Position numbers and translations under genes: made by a program
NCBI RefSeq assembly: GCF_028641065.1
Contig: NC_073403.1
Coordinates: 30,876,001-30,940,000 of the forward strand
From: Leucoraja erinacea
Lineage: Eukaryota
Direction of reading: 5' to 3'
Length of the DNA stretch: 64,000 bases
In this document: in pieces, positions 36,686 through 48,747 of the stretch
Layout: the number at the start of each line of letters is the position of its first letter
How positions within the stretch are numbered: the first letter of the stretch is position 1
Notes under the pieces: generated by a model
The model's database searches: none
Told to the model about the DNA's origin: nothing
Seen by the model: only the letters and a program-made list of their open reading frames with translations

Positions 36686-37656
36686 CTGAAACAGAGGCCT
36701 TTAAAATAATGGTAGATTCCACTTTGGATTATTGCACCACAGTTAAGTAAAGATATAAAGACTTTGGCAAAAACACAATTAAATAATTCACAGATGAGGA
36801 GCATTAATTATGACGATGGAGTGATGACTGGCATGTTCTCCTTGGAATAGAAGAGTTTCCAAGTGGATTTGATGGGGGGCATCTAAAATCATGAAGGAAA
36901 GAGAAACAGTACCTGTTGTGAGAGGCATCGATAAGCAGGAGATGTGGAATGAAAGTGCAGTAATAGGCAAGAGAACCAAAAGTGACATGTTGAATTTACA
37001 TAGCAGGTGGTCAGAATCTGGAATGCACTATTTGTAATACAGATTCCATTGTACCATTCAGGAGGGAGCTGGGTTAATATCTGAAAGATGAATTTGAAGA
37101 GCTAAAGGAGACAGTGTGAGAGTGGGATTTGTTGAAATAATTTTACATAGAGGTGATATCAAGAGTCAATTTAATTGTCATATAGACTGAAAAGGCTGAA
37201 TGGTCTACCACAATGCTGTAACAATTCTGAATGTCAGTTCAGGGTACTGGAAGGATGCATGTGGAAATCAGCCACGGTAACAAAATTGATAAGAAATGGC
37301 ACATTTAACAAAAAGTTTAGAATCACACCATTTTACAAAAGGTGGGACAGTTAATTTCTCGTATGATTACCAATACAGTTTCTCTCGCATAATTTAAGAT
37401 TTTCATATTATTTCTGGTAATTTCTTGAATACTTTTTTTTGTGGACCCAGTGGTTGTGCATGGAAAGTAACCTTCTTTGAGACAAGAACTAATTTGCAAA
37501 GGTAGACAAAAATGTTGGAGAAACTCAGCGGGTGAGGCAGCATCTGTGGAGCGAAGGAAATAAACAACATTTCGAGTCAAAACCCGTCTTCAGATTAGAT
37601 TTTCCAGCCCGTTGGTGACTGAGAATGATAATCAGATGTATATATTTTTAATAATG

Positions 37657-38486
37657 AAAGTATAATGTGGATAAATGTGAGGTTATCCATTTTGGTGGCA
37701 AAAACAGGAAAGCAGACTATTATCTAAATGGTGGCCGATTGGGAAAGGGGGAGATGCAGCGAGACCTGGGTGTCATGGAACACCAGTCATTGAAGATAGG
37801 CATGCAGGTGCAGCAGGCAGTAAAGAAAGCGAATGGTATGTTAGCTTTCATTGCAAAAGGATTTGAGTATAGGAGTAGAGAGGTTCTACTGCAGTTGTAC
37901 AGGGTCTTGGTGAGACCACACCTGGAGTATTGCGTACAGTTTTGGTCTCCAAATCTGAGGAAGGACATTATTGCCATAGAGGGAGTGCAGAGACGGTTCA
38001 CCAGATTGATTCCTGGGATGTCAGGACTGTCGTATGAAGAAAGACTGGATAGACTTGGTTTATACTCTCTAGAATTTAGAAGATTGAGAGGGGATCTTAT
38101 AGAAACTTACAAAATTCTTAAGGGGTTGGACAGGCTACATGCAGGAAGATTGTTCCCGATGTTAGGGAAGTCCAGGACAAGGGGTCACAGCTTAAGGATA
38201 AAGGGGAAATCTTTTAAAACCGAGATGAGAAGAACTTTTTTCACGCAGAGAGTGGTGAATCTCTGGAACTCTCTGCCACAGAGGGTAGTTGAGGCCAGTT
38301 CATTGGCTATATTTAAGAGGGAGTTAGATGTGGCCCTTGTGGCTAAGGGGATCAGGGGGTATGGAGAGAAGGCAGGTACGGGATACTGAGTTGGATGATC
38401 AGCCATGATCATATTGAATGGCGGTGCAGGCTCGAAGGGCCGAATGGCCTACTCCTGCACCTAATTTCTATGTTTCTATGTTTCTA
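37657..38486 (+). mobile_element. Young 5'-truncated CR1 LINE
   Basis: Uninterrupted 240-aa CR1 ORF2 C-terminus (37667-38389), a 3'UTR hairpin region and a (TTTCTATG)n tail. Confidence 0.9.
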
Positions 38487-38794
38487 ACGGTGCCTCAATA
38501 ATTTTCTATTACTTAGGTGTAATAGCACAATTTTGATGCTGGTGAGTGATTGATTTAAAAATATATGTTATTTCCCCATATTTGATTATCATTTTAACTT
38601 TTTGCTTTGTATTTTCCTGTGATAGCGTTTATTGAGGGAAGTTTATGAAATATTCTATTTCCTCTCCCATTTTAGATCAGCAGCTGTTACAAGAAGTTTC
38701 ATTTCAGCTTCACTCTGGGCACCTTACTCCACACATTAGTTTTTCACTGTCAGGCTATGTTGTGGTCGAGACTAATTTTGATCCTCCTTTGAAA

Positions 38795-39370
38795 TGAGCA
38801 GATGACACTAAAGTGGGTGGTATCATAGATAGTGAAGATGGTTATCAAAAATTACACCAGTATCTTGATCAGTTGGGCAAGTGGGCAGGGAATGGTTAAT
38901 GGAGTTTGATGCAGATAAGTGTGAGGTGTTGTATTTTGGTTAAACTAGGACAAGATCTTCATGGTGAATGGCAGGTTTCTGGCAAGTATGGCAGAACAGG
39001 GGGATTGAGGAATGCAGATATATAGTTCCTTGACAATGGCGGCAAAGATAGATGGGGTGGTCGGGTCTTTGGGCGCATTGGCCTCATCAGTCAGAGTATT
39101 GAGTATAGAAGCTGGGATGTTATGATACAGTTGTACAAAAAATTGGTGAGGCCACATTTAAAATATTGTGTTCAGTCTTATTCACCCTGTCATAGGAAAG
39201 ATGTTAAACTGGAAAGAGCGCAGAGAAGATTTATAAGGTTGTTGCCAGACTTGAGGCCCTGATCTATAGGAAGAAATTGGACAGGCTAGTACTTTATTAT
39301 TTGGAATGCAGGAGGATGAGGGGTGATCTTATAGTGGGGTATATAAGATCATGAGGGGAATGGGTAGGAT
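38795..39370 (+). mobile_element. Degenerate CR1 RT fragment
   Basis: ADDTKVGG...DLDQL motif with stops. Confidence 0.65.
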
Positions 39371-40284
39371 CAGTGGTGGACTGGCCAGGGTGTCAGCTTG
39401 CCTGATGGCAAGTGGGCCCCTGATGAATTGGGCCCCATCAGGGCCGGCATTTGGCCAACTGGACCGATTTTCCCCATATTGGGCACCGTGCCTAAGGGGG
39501 GGCCCGCATTAATCTTCCGTATTTCATATGGAAATACAAATTCGCTTTGTTAAATAAAGATTACAAAAAAACATTCGCCATACAGATTTTTTTACAAAAC
39601 GAACATGGATAACAACCGCTGTGGATAATAAACAATGTGTTGACTGCTACTGTAGTACTTGTTAACAGCCAGTAGTTAGTTATACAATGGCTCTGGGGGG
39701 CGTGGGAGTCTACAGGGCAGCAAGCCCCAGCACCGCAGCAGACTCAGCCATGAGTATTCAACGCTAAACGCCGGGAGTGGGCAGGTTTTTAACTCGTTCG
39801 GTGCTGGTACTACAGTAGACCAGGTTGGAGGTTTGAGTCTGTGTTAACATTGATGTTGGGGTTAATGGCCTGGGTGGGGTNNNNNNNNNNNNNNNNNNNN
39901 NNNNNNNNNNNNNNNNNNNNNNNNNNNNNNNNNNNNNNNNNNNNNNNNNNNNNNNNNNNNNNNNNNNNNNNNNNNNNNNNNNNNNNNNNNNNNNNNNNNN
40001 NNNNNNNNNNNNNNNNNNNNNNNNNNNNNNNNNNNNNNNNNNNNNNNNNNNNNNNNNNNNNNNNNNNNNNNNNNNNCGTGTGTGTCTCTGTCTGTGTGTG
40101 TATGTGGGGGGGGAGAGGGCAGTGGAGAGACAGAGAGAGGGGGGATTTTCAGTTAAGAGTTGGACACGAGCAGTTGTCAACACGAGCAGCTCACGGAGCA
40201 GTCAGAATGAGAAACACTACTCGGCTCTCACACACACACTCATGGAGTGAACTGTAGATATAAACGTGGCTGGGGTAGAGAGGT

Positions 40285-40502
40285 GGGGGGGGAGAGGGAG
40301 AGGAAGAGGGGGAGAGAGAGAGCGAGAATTGGAGAGAGAAGAGAGAGGAAGGGGGAGAGAGAGGGACAGAGAGAGGGGGGGAGATAGAGAGAGGGGAAAT
40401 TGGAGAGAAGAGGGAGAGAGTGGAAGGATGAGAGGGAGAGGGAGGGGGGGGGAGAGAATTGGAGAGAGAAGGGGGAGAGAGAGAGGGGGGAGAGAGAGGA
40501 GG
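40285..40502. repeat. GA-rich low-complexity repeat
   Basis: Direct reading. Confidence 0.9.
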
Positions 40503-41489
40503 ATTTGAAGGCCTTATAAAGGGCGCATCAAACCTTTACCACAATAATGCCTGGATTAGCACATAGTAGTTGGAGTCTTGGATCTTTGCCCCTTGTGAGG
40601 TTGTTGTGTTTTGGTAAGTAGTTGTATCCTATTCCCGAGAGCCATCTCCCTCATATTCCTTCTGTTCTCCCCCCAAAAAGACAGTTTTTTCAGGTTTAGG
40701 TTCCTACCAAGTTTGGCCAATTTCATGTGGAAACAAAAAAGGGCAGATGTTGGTTTATATCAAAGATAGACACAAAGTGCTGGAGTAACTCAGTGGATTA
40801 GGTAGCATCTCTGGAGATAAAGGATAGGTAACTATCCGATTTCTCCAGAGACACTGCCTGACCTGGTGAGTTACTCCAGCACTTTGTGTCTATCTTTGGC
40901 CAACTTCATTCCTTACATAACAGAGACACCAAAATCTATTGGCAATCAGGGAAGAAAGAAAGCTCAGTGGAGATATAACTAAAGATTGACACAAAGTGCT
41001 GGGTCAGGCAGCATTCCTGGAGAACATGAACAGGTGATGTACGTAGCTACAGCTGCTGAAGGATTTGAACGTTACATACAAAATAATCCTGAAAATAAAA
41101 GTGAAACTATTGGAAATGCTCAGAACATTAATCATCATCATTGAGGAAAATGTGGTTTAGTTTCAAGATTTGTTTTTTAAACCATTGTTCTTTAACATCC
41201 TGTTCGTTTCAAAGTACCAGTACAAGTAATTGTCATGTATAACTCATAGAAACAATACATATATATTTATATTATGGATATTATAATAAAGATATAAAGC
41301 ATGAAATCAAAAATCTATTCAGCACGGAAACAGCTCATTAATCTTGCATTTGGACATGGTTTACAGTGTAATATTGAATTTCTGAAGAAGGGATCTGAAT
41401 CAAAATATCACAAATCCATGTCCTCCACAAATGCTGCTTGACCAGCTGAGATAGTCCAGCACTATGTGTTTGGCATTGAGTCAATTATC

Positions 41490-43212
41490 AAAAATGAAAT
41501 AGCGGCACACTTGGATAGCAGTAGCAGGACCGGTCCGAGTCAGCATGGATTTACGAAGGGGAAATCATGTTTGATTAATCTTCTGAAATTCTTTGAGGAG
41601 GTAACTAGGATGTAGCATACCTGAACGTTCAGAATTTGATAAGGTCCCACATAGGAGATTAATGGGCAAAATTAGAGCACATGGTATTGGGGGGTAGGGT
41701 ATGGACATGGATAGAAAATTGGTTGGCAAGTTGGGAAAAGGGGAAGTGCAGTGGGATCTGGAGGTCCTTGTTCATCAGTCAATGAAAGTAAGCATGCAGG
41801 TACAGCAAGCAGTGAAGAAAGCAAATGGCATGTTAGCCTTTATAACAAGAGGAGTTGAGTATAGGAGCAAATAAGTCCTTCTGCAGTTGTATAGGGCCCT
41901 AGTGAGACAACACTTGGAGTATTGTGTGCAGTTTTGGTCCCCTAATTTGAGGAAGGACATTCTTGCTATTGAGGGAGTGCAAGGTTAATTCTTGGGATGG
42001 CGGGACTGTCATATGCTGAGAGAATGGAGTGGCTGGGCTTGTACACGCTGGAGTTTAGAAGGATGAGAGGTAATCTTATTGAAACTTTTAAGATTATTAA
42101 AGGTTTGGACACGCTAGAGGCCGGAAACATGTTCCCGATGTTGGGGGAGTCCAGAACCAGGGGCCACCGATTAAGAATATGGGGGTAAGCCATTTAGATT
42201 AGAGACGAGGAAACACTTTTTCTCACAGAGTGTTGTGAGTCTGTGGAATTCTCTGCCTCACGGGAGAGCTAGATTGGGCTCTTAAAAATAGTGGAGTCAG
42301 GGGATATGGGGAGAAGGCAGGAATGGGGTACTTATTGGGGATGATCAGCCATGATCACATTGAATGGCGGTGCTGGCTCGAAGGGCCGAATGGCCTACTC
42401 CTGCACCAATTGTCTATTGACTACAATCGCTCCCTACCATTTTTTTCAATGGCCCTATCGAGGTAGGGGCCATCTGCCTTGTCAGGCAACAGAGGGGAGA
42501 TTGCCATGCGGGGAACAGCTCATGCCCACAAAATTGTAATGTCTCTGCTGGTTGCTGGTCCATATGATATATGGGAAGGATACATATATTGGCCATGTAT
42601 GGCACCCCATGGGAGATTAGAAACATGGAAAATAGGTGCTGGAGTAGGCCATTCAGCCCTTCGAGCCAGCACCACCATTCAATATGATCATGGCTTACAA
42701 TCTAAAATCAGTACCCCATTCTTGCTTTTTCCCCCATGCCCCTTGATTCCTTTAGCCCAAAGAGTTAAATCTGACTCTCTCTTGAATACATCCAGTGAAT
42801 TGGCCTCCACTGCCTTCTGTGGCAGAGAATTCCACAGATTCACAACTCTCTGGGTAAAAACGTATTTCCTCATCTCAGTCCTAAATAACCTACCCCTTAT
42901 TCTTACGTAGACAAAAATGCTGGAGAAACTCAGCGGGTGATGCATCATCTATGGAGCGAAGGAAATAGGCAATGTTTCGGGCCGCCTTCCTTATTCTTAC
43001 CCCTGGTCCTGGACACCTCCAACATTGGGAACATTTTTCCAACATTGATCCTGTCCAATCCTTTAAGATACCCTCTCATCCTTGTAAATTCCGGTGAATA
43101 CAAGCTAAGTCAACCTATTATTTCATCATATGTCAGTCCCTCCACCCGGGGAATTAACCTGGTGAACATACGCTGCACTCCCTCAATAGCAAGAATGTCC
43201 TTCCTCAAATTA
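41490..43212. mobile_element. CR1 fragments (+ at about 41490-42420; - at about 42620-43212)
   Basis: QHGFTKGKSC and [10 protein letters not shown]-type motifs with CR1 3' ends. Confidence 0.75.
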
Positions 43213-43224
43213 GAATCCGTCTGA

Positions 43225-46192
43225 CAAGGGGTCCCACTTTGCAGATAACAAAGTACAATGGCGAGCAGCTGATAGTGGGGCGCAGTGGACTCTCCACATC
43301 CCACTGGGCTGGTGGAGCAGGAATGGTCTACTAAAAGCGCAGATACATACATTAACTCCCTCCCACATGCTCAAGGGGTAGGACCCTGTGTTACAGCAAG
43401 CAGTAAACAACTTGAACCAACGACCTGTGGCAGGGGGTACTTGCGGCATCATAGCGAGAGAATGTTGCACATATACCGGATGCTAATGAAAACAATACGG
43501 ACCTGGTGGTGCACATGTGACGCCTAGAATAAAATTGGGAAACAATTGCACTATGAGGGCATGGAGAGCGCCTGGTGGAATTTGTGGTCTTGGAAGTTCG
43601 AAAGCCGGGGGAATAATATTCTGCAATTCCCTATGGCTTCCCTACTTCTGTGTGAGGAGTGCCCGGAGGGTGGAGGGCTGGTATTGATCCTGAAGGTGGT
43701 TTGTAATGGTACAGCCTGAGGGCCGAATGTTCCGCGATTAGGTGCATAGGGTTCAAAGGTTCAAAGGTATTTTATTGTCACACGTACCAATTAAGGTACA
43801 GTGAAAATAATTACCATACAGCCATACTAAAAAAAAAGCAATACGACATACAACTACATAAAAGTTAACATAAACATCCACCACAGTGGATTCCACACTC
43901 CTGGCTGTGGTGGAAGGCAATGAAGTCAAATATTCTTTCCTCGTTATTATGTTTAAAACATCAGCTTGGGCTGATTAAAACGGACCAGTAAATCGTGAGG
44001 ACGCTTGCAAGGTCATTAAGCTAAGCTTTGCTTCCATAGAGACATCCGTGACTAGCTGAGTGTCTGATAGAACACATAACTCCGCCATTATGGTATGGGC
44101 CTCATCGGACTCTGCAACACCAAGGAATTTGTGGTGAGTAATTCATAAAAAGCATTAAAGTAAAATGTTTATAAATTCAATAAACCTTGATTAAAAGATT
44201 TTACTGGCAGAAGAAGTCTGTGCGCCCTTGCCAAGACTAAGCCCTCCAAGCAGTAGCTGTGCCATTGCGACTCAGGGATCTGCAACATCTCCTCCCTCAG
44301 TAGCGTTGAGTAGGCATGAACGATTCTTTCGTGCGGCGTCCTTGGCTGCGACAAGACGTTTATTGTCTCGGTAGTGGTCTTAGCCTGTTGCATGATCTGC
44401 AACAAAGAGAATGCAATCCTGGTAAGTATTTTTTGGGAGGCGATGGAGAAACGTGGACGTAGGGCGGAGTAAATGGGAAATTTGCTGATTGTTCACCCGA
44501 AAGCACTTACATCCGTGAACATCTCCCGCTGAAGTTGTTGAACAGGCACGTTGCAACCTGCCACAGTTGTGCAGGCCGGCTTTTGCTTGGCGTGCTGCTG
44601 TTTGTCCGCAGTGCTGGACCCAGAGGGTCCCTCTGGGGAATCCGTCTGGCCCTCACTCGAGGTGGCGCACAATGATTTCCCCATGGTAAGCTGGAAGAAA
44701 GTAAATGTGTATCAGGAATGTGCAAGGCCATCAGGACGTAGCAAGCAAGGTGACCACCAAGTTATCATTGTCAAATATCATTTGACCATCTCACTTTCCA
44801 ACAAATTATAATTGTTACATAATTTTCATAACTATTCACCTTCTTGCCGCTCTTCCTCCTATGCACTCGGACTATGTGGTTCCGGACAAACCCCCATTTC
44901 TGCACTATCCACTGCTCCCTGTCAGTCAGTGGCTGACTGGCGGAGCCAGTCTTGCCAAGACTGTGAGACAGCCTCCCGAACCGTGTCCTCTGACTCTTGA
45001 ACCATTGACACAGTTGGTCAACTGTGAAAACAGAGAATAAATGAAGATCAGAGTTGAGCAAATTGTAATCTTAATTGGAACTGCAATTACAACCACAGAC
45101 ATGTAGACAAACTACAATATATGTACTTACAAGAGCAGCCAGGGAACTCCTTCGCCTTGTTTTCAAGCATCGCGTTGCGGAGATCCGTGCTCCTGAAATC
45201 ACGATGGCCCTTATCGTACAGTTCTCGGTGGACCTGATACCATCCTACCAGTTCTCCCTCTTGTTCCTTGGTAAAATTATAAGGCCTTGTGACCACCGTT
45301 TTCTTCTTCTTCGCCGGAGCAGCTGAGGCATCAGTCTCCTGAGCCAAATCCGAGTCACATTCTGCAGCAGCAGCTGAGTCAGGAGTTGGGGCATGAATTT
45401 GGGTAGGAACTGGTGAGGGTTTTAAGGCAGAAGATCGGGCAGGAGATCGGGCAGGTACTGATGAAGGGGCAGGGTCAGGAACAGCAGCATGGCCAGAAGC
45501 AGTGGCTGGACCCTCCAGTATCTGTATGTTGTTTCTAATAATCTGCTTTACCTTGCCCTGTATGGAATGCTTCTTGATGTTCCTGGGGTCCCTTGTTCTC
45601 TTCATGTTCTCTGTGGATCGCTGCAGCTTGGAAGAAAAACGTGGCTCTGTGGCAAGAAACGTGGTAAGTGGTGATTATTTACAAATCGCGCCCGGTTTTT
45701 ATGCTGATGCGATAAAGGCGGGCCGACTGATAGTGGACGTCGAAGGTAGACAAAAGTGCTGGAGAAACTCAGCGGGTGCAGCAGCATCTATGGAGCGAAG
45801 GAGATGGGCAAAGTTTCGGGCCGAATCCCTTCCGCAGACTGATCTTAATGGCCGCGCACGTTGGGCGTCGGGCGGTGACGTCATCGCCAGGCTCGGCGTA
45901 CGCCGTCAAGTCGCTGCGTACAACGTCAAGACGCTGCGAACGACGTCAAGACGCTGCGTACGCCCTCAATGTGGGCGCCTGTGGGCCGACGGGCCGTTGG
46001 CGCGCGGGATTTTCGGACAGTGCGGGATTTTCTGAGCCCCGCGCGATGTCGGGACCAGCCCCGCACAACTCCACGCGCCTCCGCGCTTCCAAGTGGGACC
46101 GGCCCCGCGCGGCCATACGGTGCCCGTACTCCTCAAGCGACCACGTTTGGTCGCCCCAGACGCATGCAATCGCATGCAAGTGGACAGGCCCT
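43225..46192 (-). mobile_element. PIF/Harbinger-type element with a spliced Myb/SANT (MADF) gene
   Basis: The right TIR reads AGGGCCTGTCCACTT on -, similar to the MITE terminus; the left end GGGGTCCCACTT is degenerate. Exons at about 45605-45131 and 45021-44840 encode ELVGWYQVHRELYDKGHRDF...WFKSQRTRFGRL. Confidence 0.6.
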
Positions 46193-48360
46193 GTAGTTTA
46201 ACACATAATCACCTCGCATTCTTAGAGATAGAATTATTATACTGAACATTTGATTATTATTGTTTATATACTCAGTAACATGTAGTTAGATGGGCGCTAC
46301 TGTAGGCTCATGCCTCCAAAGGTGGAGTGTATTTTAAGGGTTAAACAGACAATTTCAGCTAAAATTGAGTTATCAGCAAGATTAGCAGCACCGCATTCTA
46401 AACCCTTCGAAAACAAGATGTTTGCAAAACATGTGGGAGATGTTTCCGCATCTGTTCCCACACAATGCCGGGGAACGTCTGAGTTTGCTGAGCGCAACAC
46501 GTTGGGCGAATCGCCGCGGACAAAGGGGGGGCTTATGATTGTCTCCGGGAGTGGGTATGGCAGATAAGAAATGCCATAAAGGATGGTGTCCGGCGCCCTT
46601 CCAGGAGGAGCCCCAGCGAACGGGTACCAGGTGATCAACAACAGGAACATCCTGTGGCGTGTACTCGGGGTTTGACAGTGTATATGCGGATACGTGAGCC
46701 TATGTGGTTTATTTTATTTAGAAGTTTAATAAAATACCCTGTTATTCACACTCTTATTTGTCCAAATCCGGTGATTTATCGAACACAACACAATTATGAA
46801 GGATCTGCACCACTAGGGCCATTCCTTCTTCACCCTGAAGTCCCCTATCACCTGGCTGAGGAACAGCGATGTTCCTGCAAATTATCAGGTTCATGAGCGG
46901 ACCTGCCATGACAAAGGTGCACTACAATCCATCTCTTGCATTCTATGTTTTTGCACTGACATTTTTTTGTTTTGTTTTTGCGCAGTTTACTTTATTTTAC
47001 ATGTTTTGTGGATAATAGATGTATACTTAATGTATAATTTGTTTGCTGTAGGAAGGCATCGAATTTGTTTTGCCTGTTTGCCTTTGTGCCTATGGTACTT
47101 CTACAAACAAGATTTTTCATTGTACCTGTTGCTCGGCGTATTTGTGCATTGACAATAAACTCCACTCGACTTGATCTGTGGCCTGAGAAATCGTTCATGT
47201 TATTCCGTGTCTTTGTACTCTGTGGAAGTAATACTGATACCAACTGCTGCGGTCGGACTATGAACTTGGTCGAAGATGCCTTCTGATCCATTGAATCTCG
47301 CTGAACATCTTGTGTAAGGTGTGTCCAGCAATGAATTTTGCGAGCTGGCACACACAGGTGTAGGACTCTGCCTAGACTGATGCTGAACTTGGATGCAATG
47401 TTTCCATGGGAAAGGCAACAGTGTCAGACCCGAAGGAGCCTGGTCTATGTTCCCCTAAAGGTTTATACAAAATGCTGGAGAAACTCAGCGGGTGAGGCAG
47501 CATCTATGGAGAGAATGAATATGCGACGTTTCGGGTCGAGACCCTTCTTCATAGATGCTGCCCCACCCGCTGAGTTTCTCCAGCATTTTGCATCTACCTT
47601 CGATTTTACCAGCATCTGCAGTTCTTTCTTAAACGCATGTGCCCCTGATGTAGATGTGCAATTAATTCGCACCTAGCGACCTCTACCGACTGCAAAGAGA
47701 TGATGAAATGCTGGAGCAACTCAACTGGTCATCCAGAATACTGGGGACAAGGGATGTTTCGGGTCCAGAAGGGTCTCGACCCGAAACTTCACCTAATCCC
47801 GTTTCCAATAGATGCTGCGTCCGCTGTTATTCCAGCATTTTGTGTCTACCTTCGGTGAAACCCAGCATCTGCAGTTCCGTCCTACAACTTTAAAGGTTAC
47901 TTAGCCTCAGTAAACACAAATGTAAATTGCCCCAGTGCGTGTAGGATAGCGCTGGTGTACAGGATGATAGTGCTAGTGTACTGGTCTGCGCCGACTCGGT
48001 GTGCCGAAAGCGTTGTCTCCGCGTTGCATCTCGAAAGTCTGAAGTAAAGTCTGAAGTAAGTAAAAACTAGACCGCGAATGCAAGTAAAGTTCTTTTCAGG
48101 AGTAGAGACAGTAAAAGGTGAGAGCTATGTCCGACTGAATGCCAGAGGGTCGCGATACTTTGGGAGAAACTTCAATCACCAAGAATCTACTCATTTCATC
48201 ACTCACAGACAAAGATCTTTCAAAAAATAACAGTTTCAAAAATGGTACAAGTACAAAATCTTTATTACCTCGTTTCAATTAAAAATAGCAGTTTAAAATA
48301 AATAGTCTCCAAATTATATTAAGGTGTATATTCTCTGCACAGTAAGCACCAGACTCCAAA

Positions 48361-48740
48361 ACATCCTCAAAACAAAATAAATACTGACAGTCAGTTTGTG
48401 CATGTTAATATAATAAAATAGGTGTCAATTTCAACTAAAATGTGAATAAATAACATGAATCAGGTTAAATGTGTATTGGTGACTTCCGGGAAACTTCATC
48501 AACCCAAGATAAATGCTTACAGTACATGTTTGCATGATAATGTTATAAAAATAGGCGATCGTTTCAACTATGCAAATAATTAACATAAATCTGGTTAAAT
48601 GTATATTGGTAACTTCAAGGAAACTTCGTCAAAACAAAATAAATACTTACAGCATATGTTTGCATGTTAATATTATAAAAATAGGTTATCTTTTCAGCTA
48701 TGTAAATAAATAACATAAATCTGGTTAAATGTATATTGGT
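48361..48740 (-). repeat. Three tandem 130-bp AU-rich units in the IFN-D 3'UTR
   Basis: GGTTAAATGT(G/A)TATTGGT recurs at 48463, 48593 and 48723. A poly(A) signal lies at 48261-48266 (TTTATT on +). Confidence 0.85.
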
Positions 48741-48747
48741 CACATCT

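Noticed and set aside
39371-39880. hAT-like left end (CAGTGGTGGACTGGCC)
   Set aside because: No right TIR or TSD is visible because the sequence runs into an assembly gap.
46192-46790. Possible solo LTR (TGT...ACA with an internal AATAAA)
   Set aside because: No matching TSD and no second copy in the window.
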